From: Lama glama
Taxonomy: Eukaryota
DNA length: 64,000 bases
Reading direction: 5' to 3'
NCBI GenBank assembly: GCA_028534125.1
Contig: CM052816.1
Span: 100,936,001 to 101,000,000, forward strand
Under the pieces are notes generated by a model. That model was not told the origin of the DNA, searched no databases, and worked only from the letters and a program-made list of their open reading frames with translations. The position numbers were made by a program, and so were the translations under genes. Shown here one piece after another: positions 49,961 through 60,800 of this stretch (position 1 is the stretch's first letter; the number at the start of each line of letters is the position of its first letter).

Positions 49961-52809
49961 GAAGTGGGGTGGCCTGTGGACTCTAGGGGCTCGGCTAGTC
50001 TGAGGTGTGAAACCCCACCGGGAGCAGAGGAAGGTCAGGACATGGCCTCTCTCTAGAGGCCCTACGTGGTTTCGATGGCCGACATCACCCCACAGCCAAG
50101 AGAGGGACCCACAGGCCTCTACCCTTTGGGGCCAACCATCCTCAGGCCCCCTCGCCCTAGGTGCCTCTCGAACTCAGCAGACCAGTGGGGGCACCTCACG
50201 GAAGCCCAGCTGCTGCCCTGCCTATGGGGAACTGCGTGGTTCCTGGTGGGTCCTGTCCGAGGGTGTTTTTAGAACCAGGGTTCCCTCGAGGGTCGTAGGC
50301 TCAGTAAGCCGAGTCTACACAAGTGCATTTAGCTGATGATGCCTGAGATTCTGACACTCTGTCTCCTTTTGGAGGGAAACCAGGGTGCCTCAGCTTGAGG
50401 CTGGGCCTTTCAGGACAAAGATGACCCACTAAGTACCCAGGCTCTGGCAGACCTGTCTCAGCCAAGGCACAAGTTGTCAGTGGGATGTGGGGGTGTGCAC
50501 CCGGCTGGAGACAGATGGGGCTAACCCTGCCTCCGGGATTGGATAGTGGGGGCTGGGTGAGCAGCCCTTAATGTAGCCAGCTTCCCCAAACAGGGTGGCT
50601 AGATCGCTGTGCAGCAGTCTGGCAAAGTGCAGCGGGTGTGGGATTTCAGGATCAGGGAAAGAGGCTGGCCTGAGAGAACCTGGCGGGCGGGTGGGTGGGG
50701 ACCAGAGCATATATTCACGCACTCAGGCTGGAAAGGAAAACAGAACATCGCAGTGATGGTCAAAGGAAGCTTCGGAAACCCCTCCCCCAGAAGCCCCCAG
50801 GGACCAGCTGTGCCTACCACCCTCCAAGGGTGAACAGTTCTGCTCAGAAAATGAATGGTCGCATGTTCTGGTCCCCAGAGGTATGGTCAGGGTCTCTGGG
50901 GACCGAAACGCAGGTCTGGGCTTAGCCCCGGAGCCCCTGAGGCACTGGCTACTGGGACCTGGGTGGTAGCTTCCTCTCCGCCAGCTGAGCGCTCAATCTC
51001 TGGGGCCGGGACCATGGCCAGGGGAAGGGGGTGAGGAAAGGATGCTCAGTGCCACCCTCCAGTAGAGACCGCTGCTCCCAGAGTCCCCGGCCACCCTGGG
51101 CTTGTGCACCTCCCTCCACCAGCACCCCCGCCCTCATTACCAGGAGAGAGTGAGTTGTTTGTAAACAATAAATAATGGAAAGTAGCAGGATGTTCGGCAA
51201 AAGCCTCAGCAGAAGCCAGAAAACTGGAAGAAGGGAGGAGGGGGAGGGGGAGGGGAGGAGGCGGCGGGCGAGAGACTGAGAGATTCATTTCTGCCCAGAA
51301 GCCCCAGTGGCTAGTTTCTTATTATTTACAGGAAGGTGATATTAGCAATTCAGGTGAGAAAGAAAGAAACACGGCCGCCACGAAATCAATACAGAATTCA
51401 AAAACAATTATTAATGTCATTTGACTCGTGTTCTTTATATATCTCTCCCGGCTACAGACGCTAAACTGTCTGAATAATTTGCATGGAGCGGCTATTCATT
51501 ACTTCCGATGATTCTCCGTTGCAAGCAGCTCGGACNNNNNNNNNNNNNNNNNNNNNNNNNNNNNNNNNNNNNNNNNNNNNNNNNNNNNNNNNNNNNNNNN
51601 NNNNNNNNNNNNNNNNNNNNNNNNNNNNNNNNNNNNNNNNNNNNNNNNNNNNNNNNNNNNNNNNNNNNNNNNNNNNNNNNNNNNNNNNNNNNNNNNNNNN
51701 NNNNNNNNNNNNGAGAGGGCGAGGACGCCACCATTAATTAGAGGGTGACCCTGGGGCGATTCACAGGTCTGAACCCAGGAATCTTTCCTAGCAAGTCTGC
51801 GCAGCGCGCCGTGCGCGGCTCCCTCCCGGCGACCGCGGGAGGCCAGGCTGGGCGAGAGCGGATGGGACGAGCCCGGACCCCCGGAGGGCGGCGGCGCGAG
51901 GCGGGAGCGGGCTCGGAGGGGCCCGGGAGTCCCCTTACCGCCAGCGCGCTGGCCTCCGCGTAGGACTCGGGCAAGGTCCCAGGGCCGGCCCGGCTGGTGA
52001 AACGCTGGGGTGGGCACTCGACTGGCCCCGGACCGCTGCCTGCGCCCTAGGCAGGGAAGGGCGTCTCGGCCCGGCGCCCAGCGTCCCTTCCCCCGGAACG
52101 AGCCCTGAAGGTCGCCGGGAGGCGCGAGCGCAGCGGGAGGGGCCCCGGAGCCGAGTCGGGAAACCGGCTCGTCCTAGCGCGCAGGGCTGTCTGGCAGTCC
52201 CGGGTTTAGCCGCGAGGGGCAGGGGTAGGCGGCTGGGGGAGGGCGGCCCGCGGAAGGGGTGGGGTGAGCAGGAACTTACTGGGCGGGGGAGTGGCTCCCC
52301 GGGGGCACGGGGATGAGAGTGGCAAAGCCTCTTGCCCACCGAGCCCCGGGGCGCGGGCTCTGGGGAAGCCCGACCCACACACGGAGGGTATTCCGACCTC
52401 CAGATGCCGCCGCGCTGGGTCTGGAACTCATTTCCGTGCAGGGTTCGAACAGGCGGGAGGCTCTGCTGAGCCCCGGTTAAACAATGGTCGGCCCGCGCCG
52501 CCCGCCGCAGCCGCGCCGGCCCGCGGAGCCGCCTGCCTTCCACCTGGAGGGGCGCGCGGAGAGCCGAGGCCGGCCGGCCGCCTGCGCCAGCGCCGGGCTA
52601 ATTTTAACTGTTGATTACATCTTCGGTGAAGACTCACTCGTCTGTCCCTCATATGTCTCATTTGTAATTGAGACTAATGATTACAGTGGGGTGGGAAGGA
52701 GCAGCTGCTCATTAATTAATTTCTAATTAAAAGTGCCTTCCGTCCTCGGTGACTAAGGAGAAACACCGCTCGTCGGGGCGATATTGACTCCTCGAATGAA
52801 ATTCATTTG

Positions 52810-53010
52810 TTCCAGCCGTGCGCCCTCCGCCCGGCGGCGCGGCCCGCCTGTCCTGTCCCCGCCCCACCCGGCCCGGCCGCGGCCGAGTGACCCACGCGTC
52901 TGCGGCCAGACCTGGCTGCGCGGCGTGGGGCTGACGTCAGAGCCTCCGCCGCTTAAAGCCGCGCACCGCTGACTTGACGGATTCGAACGACTCATTTTTT
53001 TTTCTTTTTG
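52810..53010 (+). promoter_or_regulatory. IRX4: IRX4 proximal promoter: CACCC/GC boxes, full CRE (TGACGTCA 52932-52939), TTAAA (52953-52957), Inr-consensus TCATTTT (52992-52998)
   Basis: Motifs read directly ~300 nt upstream of the ATG inside a CpG island; TSS position is inferred. Confidence 0.6.
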
Positions 53011-53287
53011 CAAAATATGTATTTGTGTCGCCGCTGCGAGGCCGTTCGGTCCCAGAGTCCCCTCGAGGCTCCGGATTGTGGCGCTAAAAGGATCGCCGCG
53101 GACGCCGAGACGCACTTTCCTACCCAGTTAGAAAAGTTTGCGGAGCGTGTGGCTGAATTAACCCGCTCTTCTGCTTCGTCCTCCCAGCGCCTAGAAGCCG
53201 GCAGCCCCGGAGCAGTGGCCGCGGCACGCCGGCCCCCGCGCGTAGGACCCCGCCGGCCGGGCCAGCCGGCCCCGGGCCGCGCCCGCC

Positions 53288-53332
53288 ATGTCCTACCCGC
53301 AGTTTGGGTACCCCTACTCCTCGGCACCCCAG
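53288..53332 (+). CDS. IRX4: IRX4 coding exon 1 (MSYPQFGYPYSSAPQ)
   Basis: ATG in gcccgccATG context; the 45 nt translate to the Iroquois-4 N-terminus; donor CAG|GTAAGG at 53333, phase 0. Confidence 0.97.
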
Positions 53333-53826
53333 GTAAGGGGGCCCCGCGAGGCCGCTGGAAGGCGGGCTATCCAGCGACCCGCTCTCGTTCTCCATCAAAC
53401 AGGGCCTGTGCCACGCGCCCCTCGTGTCATGTCCCGGGGAGAGCTGAGGCGCTGAGAAACTGCGACGGGCAGGACCCTCATTTCCCGCTTTGTTTGTCGT
53501 CCACCCCGAGCAGGGCCCTGAGCCTACGCCCTGGGGGGCGGGGGGCCTGGGGACGCGGGAGAGACGTGGCACACCAGGCCAGTGCCCTGCGGCTTTGGAA
53601 ACCCAGGAGCAGGGTATGAACATTACTAGCCAGGGCAGGCTGGGCCCCACGTAGCTGGAAGAGGCCAGGTGCACAGTCTCGCTGCCAGAAGGAACGTGCA
53701 GCCCGGTGTGGACATGGGGCGCGCACTTCTGGGCGACGCGTGGGGCGGGCGGAGGAGGTGCAGGCCCCCAGGCTGGCGCCTGCGCCCGGGGGCCTCGGCC
53801 TTCCTCGCGGCTCATCTTCCCCTCAG

Positions 53827-54078
53827 TTCCTGATGCCCACCAACTCCCTGAGCACGTGCTGCGAATCGGGCGGCCGCACGCTGGCAGACTCCCGGCCAGC
53901 CGCCTCGGCCCAGGCGCCAGTCTACTGCCCGGTCTACGAGAGCCGGCTGCTGGCCACCGCGCGCCACGAGCTCAACTCGGCCGCGGCGCTGGGCGTCTAC
54001 GGGGGCCCCTACGGGGGCGCGCAGGGCTACGGCAACTACGTGACCTACGGCTCCGAGGCATCGGCCTTCTACTCGCTG
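53827..54078 (+). CDS. IRX4: IRX4 coding exon 2 (FLMPTNSLSTCCESGG...YGSEASAFYSL)
   Basis: Acceptor ctcatcttcccctcAG; 252 nt/84 aa with the IRX4/6 motif PVYCPVYESRLLATARHELNSAAALGVY; donor CTG|GTAAAT. Confidence 0.97.
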
Positions 54079-54404
54079 GTAAATGGGGGGCGTGTCTCAA
54101 ACCTTCTCTCCGCCTCACCACGCCCCCACCCCTCGATCTGCCAAGTCACTTTCCATGTTCTCTGGAGGCAAGGGCTGAGGAACCTGGACCCCGGACTTTT
54201 CGGGGTGGGAGAAGCACACCTTGGCTTCTTTCAACTTGCACCACCTGGCCTGGTCCTTTAGAGCACCACCAACCCCGGGGTTGGGGTGTCCTGGCAGGTG
54301 GGCTGTTGTAGTTACTGTTTTCGGCTCACTGTTAAGTTCTGGTTAGAAGTCTGGTTCCATGGGAGCTCACCCTGGCCTGCTTCCCACTAGCTGCCCTGCC
54401 CCGT

Positions 54405-54612
54405 CACTCCTCCCAGTTGCCCCCGCCTCCCTGCCCCAGCTCAGCTCCTCCCCACTTCTCGCCTCCCTTCTCCTCTCCAGTCCCTCTCCCCTCCCTCCAC
54501 CCTCCTCCAGTCCCTAGTTGCTCACCCTTTTCTCTCCCTCCTCCCTCCCTCCATTCTCTTTCTCCTGTCTCCTGTTCCCCACACCTCCCAACTCTGCTCT
54601 CCTCCCTCCACG
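54405..54612 (+). repeat. C/T-rich low-complexity tract in IRX4 intron 2
   Basis: ~200 nt almost entirely pyrimidine on the + strand. Confidence 0.8.
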
Positions 54613-54794
54613 TCTCGGGGCTCCTTGGCTGCCAGGACCCCAGGCAGAGCCTGGGAAAGGGGGCGCAGGTGGGGGTGAGGTGGGTGCTGCCCCTGGGTCT
54701 GTGGGAAGCAGGCAAGAGCCAGGAGGCCTAGGGGAGGGGCTGGAGCTGGGTAGACTCCCACAAGCTGCGACCCTAGGCTCATGGGCTCCTACAG

Positions 54795-54907
54795 AACAGC
54801 TTCGACTCCAAGGACACTCCGGGCTCTGCTCACGCGGGCCTCGCTCCTGCTGCCGCCGCCGCCTACTACCCCTACGAGCCGGCGCTGGGCCAGTACCCGT
54901 ATGACAG
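54795..54907 (+). CDS. IRX4: IRX4 coding exon 3 (NSFDSKDTPGSAHAGLAPAAAAAYYPYEPALGQYPYDR)
   Basis: Acceptor ctcctacAG; 113 nt; donor CAG|GTGAGG, phase 2; YYPY...GQYPYDR motif that precedes the Iroquois homeodomain. Confidence 0.96.
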
Positions 54908-55728
54908 GTGAGGAATCCGGCCCTCTTCCCTGCTCCCACGGTCCCTCTGAAAGGTCGGGCGGCAGGAGGAAGCCCACTCCTGGGGTGGGAGTCCGGCTGC
55001 CCTTGGGTTAGGCCCAGACCCACCCCCTTGCCAGCCTTGCTGCAGGGCCCAATGCAGTAAGTGCCCCTTCCCCGCCCCCACGCCGTCTGTCCCGACTCCC
55101 GGAGACTTTGCTGCAGATTGCCTTCCGAGGAGGCTTGTCCTGCTGCCCAGGCTTCCTCGGATGCTTCCCTGCACCCTGGGGAGGGCAGTCCCTGCGATGT
55201 GTCTGGGCCTGGCTCACTGCCCCGTGTGGGGCCAGAGAGGGGAGTCTTTGCCCACCAGCAGATAACATGCCTCATCAGAAAAATGTAACGCGGGAAGTCC
55301 ATGCAGGCCCTCCGGGCACTTTCTCCCCATGGGCGTTAGTGACCACTCCCCACAGGCGTTGATGGTTGGGTTCACCTCTCTGTGAAGTGCTGTCTGAGTT
55401 TCAGGATCAAAAGGGTAGGAGAAAGGCAGGGTGAGGGAACTCAAAGAAGCATATGTCTAGGTGGAGTCACAGAGATCTGGCTGGGCCTTGTGCCATGCTC
55501 AGCTCCACCCAGGGCCTCTCCGCTGGAGAAGGAGCCCAGGCGCCATATGCGTTCAATCAAACATAAACATTATCTTTGCCCTGGGGCCACAGAAGGCGGT
55601 GCCTGCCTGCATAAGACCCAAGTCTTTCCACCATAGACACACCCCCACTGAGGGCCCGCGTGGGCCTGGCCCTGGCCGCCGGCGGTGCAGGGCCCGCTGC
55701 CGGCGCCCCATTGCCCAGCTGTCTCCAG

Positions 55729-56057
55729 GTACGGGACCATGGACAGCGNNNNNNNNNNNNNNNNNNNNNNNNNNNNNNNNNNNNNNNNNNNNNNNNNNNN
55801 NNNNNNNNNNNNNNNNNNNNNNNNNNNNNNNNNNNNNNNNNNNNNNNNNNNNNNNNNNNNNNNNNNNNNNNNNNNNNNNNNNNNNNNNNNNNNNNNNNNN
55901 NNNNNNNNNNNNNNNNNNNNNNNNNNNNNNNNNNNNNNNNNNNNNNNNNNNNNNNNNNNNTGCTCGGACGAGAAGCGGCCCTACGCAGAGGGCGAGGAGG
56001 AAGAGGGGGGCGAGGAGGAAGCTCAGGAGCAGCCAGTCAAGAGCACCAAGAGTGAAG
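55729..56057 (+). CDS. IRX4: IRX4 coding exon 4 (homeobox exon; the TALE homeodomain lies in the N run 55749-55960)
   Basis: Acceptor gtctccAG; reads YGTMDS, then 212 N, then in-frame CSDEKRPYAEGEEEEGGEEEAQEQPVKSTKSE; donor AAG|GTGTGT, phase 1. The homeodomain is inferred, not visible. Confidence 0.93.
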
Positions 56058-56507
56058 GTGTGTGGGAGGCTGGCAACTTTGGGTTGGGGCCCCGCGGCGC
56101 CTCCCCGTGCCTACTTGCAGTTCTAGGACCTCTGAAGGCGTGGAGCCAGGGCAAACCCTCAGGGCCTAGGCTGCAAAGGAATGAACTGGCCCCGGGTGAG
56201 TAAGGCCATGTGCATGTGTGGGCCTGTGGCGGTGAGCCAGGAGAGTGCTTCAAGATCCAAAATCACATTTAAAACATTAGACCCCAGCCCCACTGATAGG
56301 AGGCAGAAATCAGCTCTGCCCTGGTGGTGTTTTGGGGACCAGGAGCCTCTGAGGAGGTGGGAGATGGGTAGGAAGGCGTGGGTGCTTTCTTAGCTCCAGG
56401 GTTAAGCCCCACACCAGGGGCTCAGAGTGAGGAAGGAGGGGTGGGGTGCTGGTTACCCCACCATCCGTCTCCCTCCACTGGTCACACACTCTCTCCCTTC
56501 CCCGCAG

Positions 56508-57331
56508 AGTCCATCAGCAAAGAGAAGGATCTGGAGCTCAGTGACTTGGAGGACTTCGACCCCCTGGAGGGGGAGCCCTCAGAGTGCGAGCTGAAGCCAC
56601 CCTTCCAGCCCCTGGATGGAGGCCTGGAGCGCATCCCCACCACACCTGATGGCCCCAGCGCCCCAGGGAAGGAGGCCTCAGGCGCCCTCCGGATGCCCCT
56701 GGCTGCTGGGGGTGGGCTCGTCCTGGACCAGGACCTGGAAAGGGTGCGGAGCTGCGTCCGGAGCTCAGCAGCTGGGCCGGAACAGCAGCCGGGCGCGGGA
56801 GGCGGCCCGCAGGCCTGCGAGGCCAAGTTGGGCTTTGCTGCGGCCGGGGCGCCGGCGGGCCTCGAAGCCAAGCCGAGAATCTGGTCCCTGGCACACACGG
56901 CCACTGCGGCCGCTGCCTCTTCTCTCGGCCAGACTGAGTTTCCCTCGTGCATGCTCAAGCGCCAAGGCCCCGCTGGCCCTGCGGCCGCCTCCTTGGAGCC
57001 CACCTCCTCCTCACCCACAGCCCCTGCCCCCTCCGGCGCNNNNNNNNNNNNNNNNNNNNNNNNNNNNNNNNNNNNNNNNNNNNNNNNNNNNNNNNNNNNN
57101 NNNNNNNNNNNNNNNNNNNNNNNNNNNNNNNNNNNNNNNNNNNNNNNNNNNNNNNNNNNNNNNNNNNNNNNNNNNNNNNTGGGCCGCTCGCTGGGGACAG
57201 GTGCGAACGTGTTGACGTCATCAATGGCCCGCTCCTTCCCGCCCGCCGCACCCCACGATACCTCTGCCGCCGGTGCCGCCAAGGAGCTGCTGGCTGTGCC
57301 CAAGGCTGGCGGCAAGCCCTTCTGCGCCTGA
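56508..57331 (+). CDS. IRX4: IRX4 coding exon 5 with IRO box (KPRIWSLAHTAT, 56870-56905), ending GGKPFCA*
   Basis: Acceptor ctctcccttccccgcAG; frame of ORF 56378..57331; acidic LELSDLEDFD, IRO box and IRX4 C-terminus; internal 140-N run keeps frame. Confidence 0.96.
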
Positions 57332-57884
57332 CTGGCCGGGCCCCTGAGGGAGGAGGAAGCCGGCGCTCAGGCTGCAGGCTCCAACGTGGCCGATCCCTTT
57401 TCTACCGAGTTTCCAAAGCAAGGCAAGGGCGCGGCAGAGCTCAGGCCACCAACCACCCTAGAGGGAGGATCTGAACTCAGTTTCCCAGGGTCACAAACAA
57501 GCCCCCAGCTGTCTGTGCGTCTGAGCAGGAGTCGGTTGGCTGGGCCACTTCCAAACTCGGGGACCTGGCAGGATAGGGCGGCCCTCAGAGCAGCAGGGAG
57601 ACACCCTGGAGCATAAAGTCTATGTCCCAAAGTTCACGCGCAGAAGACGTGTCGTCCTGAGGCCTGTTTGTCTTGCTGTCTCTTTTGGATTTGAGGCATG
57701 CCCCTGTTCCTTGTTCCCGTCCCTCAGCCTGCAGACCCCCGAGTTCATCCTCAGCACACGTGATTTTCCCCAGCAGCACTCCTACCGAGTTCACACTACT
57801 GCACACTCTTAACGCGATAAAACTGTTTTTTAATGTATGTTCACACCAGTCATTGCCTGCTTCAGAGGCTAATATAACAAAACC

Positions 57885-57890
57885 AATAAA
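57885..57890 (+). promoter_or_regulatory. IRX4: IRX4 polyadenylation signal AATAAA
   Basis: AATAAA ~555 nt after the stop, followed by GT-rich gatggtgtttgcattg. Confidence 0.8.
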
Positions 57891-60800
57891 ACCGAGTGAT
57901 GGTGTTTGCATTGCAAAGTGAATGCATTTGAAACCCAGTGATTTGGGAACTTGGAAGAGGAAAGGTGCTGGTCCCCAAGGGAAGGAGTGGGGGGGCCGTC
58001 ACCCCAGATCCTCACTCGAGTCGCCTACAGGGCAAAGCCCGTGTTCACGGGAACAGTCACGGTGAACTTTCAGGGTTCTGCTGAGCCCCTGACAGGAGCA
58101 GAGGGGAGACCCCGAACTTTTCAGCTCCCCCCATGGCCAGGCTCCAGGACTTCGAGAAAGCAGAAGTCTCTTCAGTTAAACTGGAATAACTTTTAAACGT
58201 CTAAATCCCCCGGGACTGTGCCCTGTCGGGGTGGGGAGCCTGCCGCAGACGCCGCTCGGCCCCTGCTTCGTGGGAGTGAGGCTCGTTCGCCGCCCTCCTG
58301 GCCTCCTAACCACCCCCTCCCTCTGGGGACCTGCTGCTTCGCTGTGAGCCTCCACCTTTCCAAAAGCCTGCGCCTGCGGCTCCTGGAGAAGGAAGCCCTC
58401 AGCAGGGAGGGAGGCGGGGCTGGAAGGAATGGCCGGGGGCGGGGCAGGAGGGTGTGAGCCCAGGTCCTGCAGACCCCTGGCTTCTCTCACACCCTCCCCA
58501 GCAGAGCCCAGTTCGCTGGCGGCCAGCAGCTAGGGTCTGGAAGGAAATCACTGGCTTCCTCCCCACAGGGGACGCTGCGCCTCCCTCCCTCCCGCTCCGC
58601 CCCACTCCTCCCTTGCTCCCCCTCCGCCCCATCCCCCACCAGGTGCCTGGTCCCCAGGGGGCTGGTGAGCTTGCCCTGGACTCAGGGCTCACCCCTCGCC
58701 TGCAAGCCCTCTGCTTAAGGCCCTGCTGGGCTTCGTAGAAGTCCCGGGAGCCTGCAGGGCCGCAGCGGCCTGGAGGTCCAGGAACTCGGAGGTGGTGGCC
58801 CTTGGCCAGTAGGCAGGCAGACCGACAGCCGCAGAGGCGCCAGCTGCAGGTGGGCCGGTGGGCACCCGTCAGGGGACAGCCCAGGCTTGAGCTTTCTTCT
58901 GCGAGGGGGTGGGTGGCACCGGGCGGGGCCTGTGGGGTCCCGGGCCCCTGGAAGAGACCAGGGCAGGCCGGGAGTGCTGGGAAGTGGGCCTGACGGGCCA
59001 GGCGTTGGGAGAGTTTACCACCCTAGAGAGCGAAATGGCACGCGACACTCCCAGCGGTGGGGCCCTGCCGGCGGACCCGGGCAGACCCGGCTCTGAGTGG
59101 TGGGGCCTGGAACCCCAGGCCTGGAGCGCCAGGCGCAGCCGCGGACCCTGCGCCCCGCCGGCCGCGCAGTAATTGGATTGTATCCGCCCGGCGCTGTCAC
59201 CGTATTGACTTTCGCTCTCTTGGATGATATTATCGAGATTCGGGAGCTCGACACCGATGTGTCTGTCAAAAGGCTGCGGCGGGAGCCCCCGGCCTGGTGA
59301 GCGAGCATCAGCCAAGATAATTTGAAGTGAAATTTTCATTTTGACAGTAAACCCCTCAATTTCTAAAGGCTGCGCGCTCCGAGAGCCCGCTGGTAGGGGG
59401 AGGCTTTGCAGAAAGCCCGCGTCTTAGACTGAAAAGGGCAAAAGAACGCGAATTAGTTGTAATAGATAAAAGGGCAAAAATAAAGAGTCAAGGGGACTTG
59501 ACAGTAATAGCGGAAGTGGAGTCTCGGGGGAGACGCTGCTGCGAGGCTGGGGCGCCAGGAATTTTAATGCGCCGAGGGCAGCCGCCAAGCACACCCCCAC
59601 CCAGCCCCAGACAAAGCCAGGCATTTTCAGCAAAAGCAAGGCTTCTCTGATGCAGGGGGCTTGACGAAGCACACGAGGGGCTGTGGAGATGAAAACTCCA
59701 GGCTTGGGCCTCCGCGGGGCCCCAGGCTGTGGGCCGAGGGTGGCCAGGCTCGCGCTGCGGACCCGGTTGGATCTGACTTCAGATCCTTCCAGAGCAGGCC
59801 CTTCCCGGAGCCAGCCCCCAGCCCAGAGGGCTCCCGCTGCCAGAGCCTGTTGCCCTGGGGACCTCAGGCTCCAGCCATCCCTGCGGCATGGTGGCCCCGC
59901 CCGTCCCTGCAGACCGGGCTGTCAGAATCCCAATTTGCCGAAGCCTCCAGATCTTGGTGGAACTGGCCGACTGAAAGGGTTTATTTGATTAAACTGAAAA
60001 ATGATGTAAAATGAAGACGTCAAGTGGGGAGGGAGGATTCAGCCAAATCCCAGGGGCGAATCGCCCCAGAGGACGCCTCCAAAGGTGGGGCTGTCACTTG
60101 GACCCAGCTCCTTACCTTGGGGACACCCTCTGGAAGGGTCCCGGAGAAACTCTCACCCACCCTCTGGCCGATCCTCACGCGGCAGGGATGAGGGGACCGC
60201 AGCGTGAATTTTAGGAGTGGCGGCTGCGGGCAAAGGTCGCTGTCCGTGCAGCGGGGCCCCACTTCCCTCCCGGGGAGGCTGTCAGAGAGGAGCGCTGGGG
60301 ACCGAGGCTCTCAGCCGGTCAGGCGTGGCAAATTCAAACACACCAAGGAGGGGATGCTAAATTAACGGCGCTCTTTACATAGGGCCCAAATAAAACTGTA
60401 ATCAGCGGCGCGTTACTTTTCATTAAGCGAGTCTGACAGCGGCGTATCCAGACCCGACAGGGAACAGGCGCGGGAAATATACGGCTCTCCCGCCGGCGGC
60501 TCAGATAATTCCTTAAGCACCATTAACAGCTCTTAGCCGCGGGAAATGGGCTCCCGGAAACCGTCTCCGAATCTAAAAGCTTTATCGACCCTCCAACTGC
60601 CGCTGATGGCTCCATTTTTTTTCTTTCTTCTTTCTCTTTCTTTTTTTCCCTTTTTTCCTTTTTTTTCTTTTTAACCAAAGGGAGCGACGTCCAGCAAGGT
60701 AATGGAGTTTGACACGACACTTTCTTAACTAGAGAGAGAGGCGGGGAAGCCAGCCCTTAAATGATATTTAAAAGGCAACCAATTAAGATTTAAAGTGGCA

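Larger units (their letters stand above)
51745..54080. promoter_or_regulatory. CpG island over IRX4 proximal promoter and exons 1-2
   Basis: High GC and CpG density by eye; boundaries approximate. Confidence 0.8.

Noticed and set aside
53591-53668. Possible 78-nt cassette exon in IRX4 intron 1 ending CAG|GT (human has a 26-aa longer isoform, recalled)
   Set aside because: No AG acceptor at the required position, an in-frame TAG, and orthology cannot be verified here
57213-57220. Second TGACGTCA palindrome
   Set aside because: Inside coding sequence (Leu-Thr-Ser); probably coincidental
56482-57315. 277-aa antisense ORF over IRX4 exon 5
   Set aside because: Codon-symmetric shadow of a GC3-rich exon, extended by N read-through
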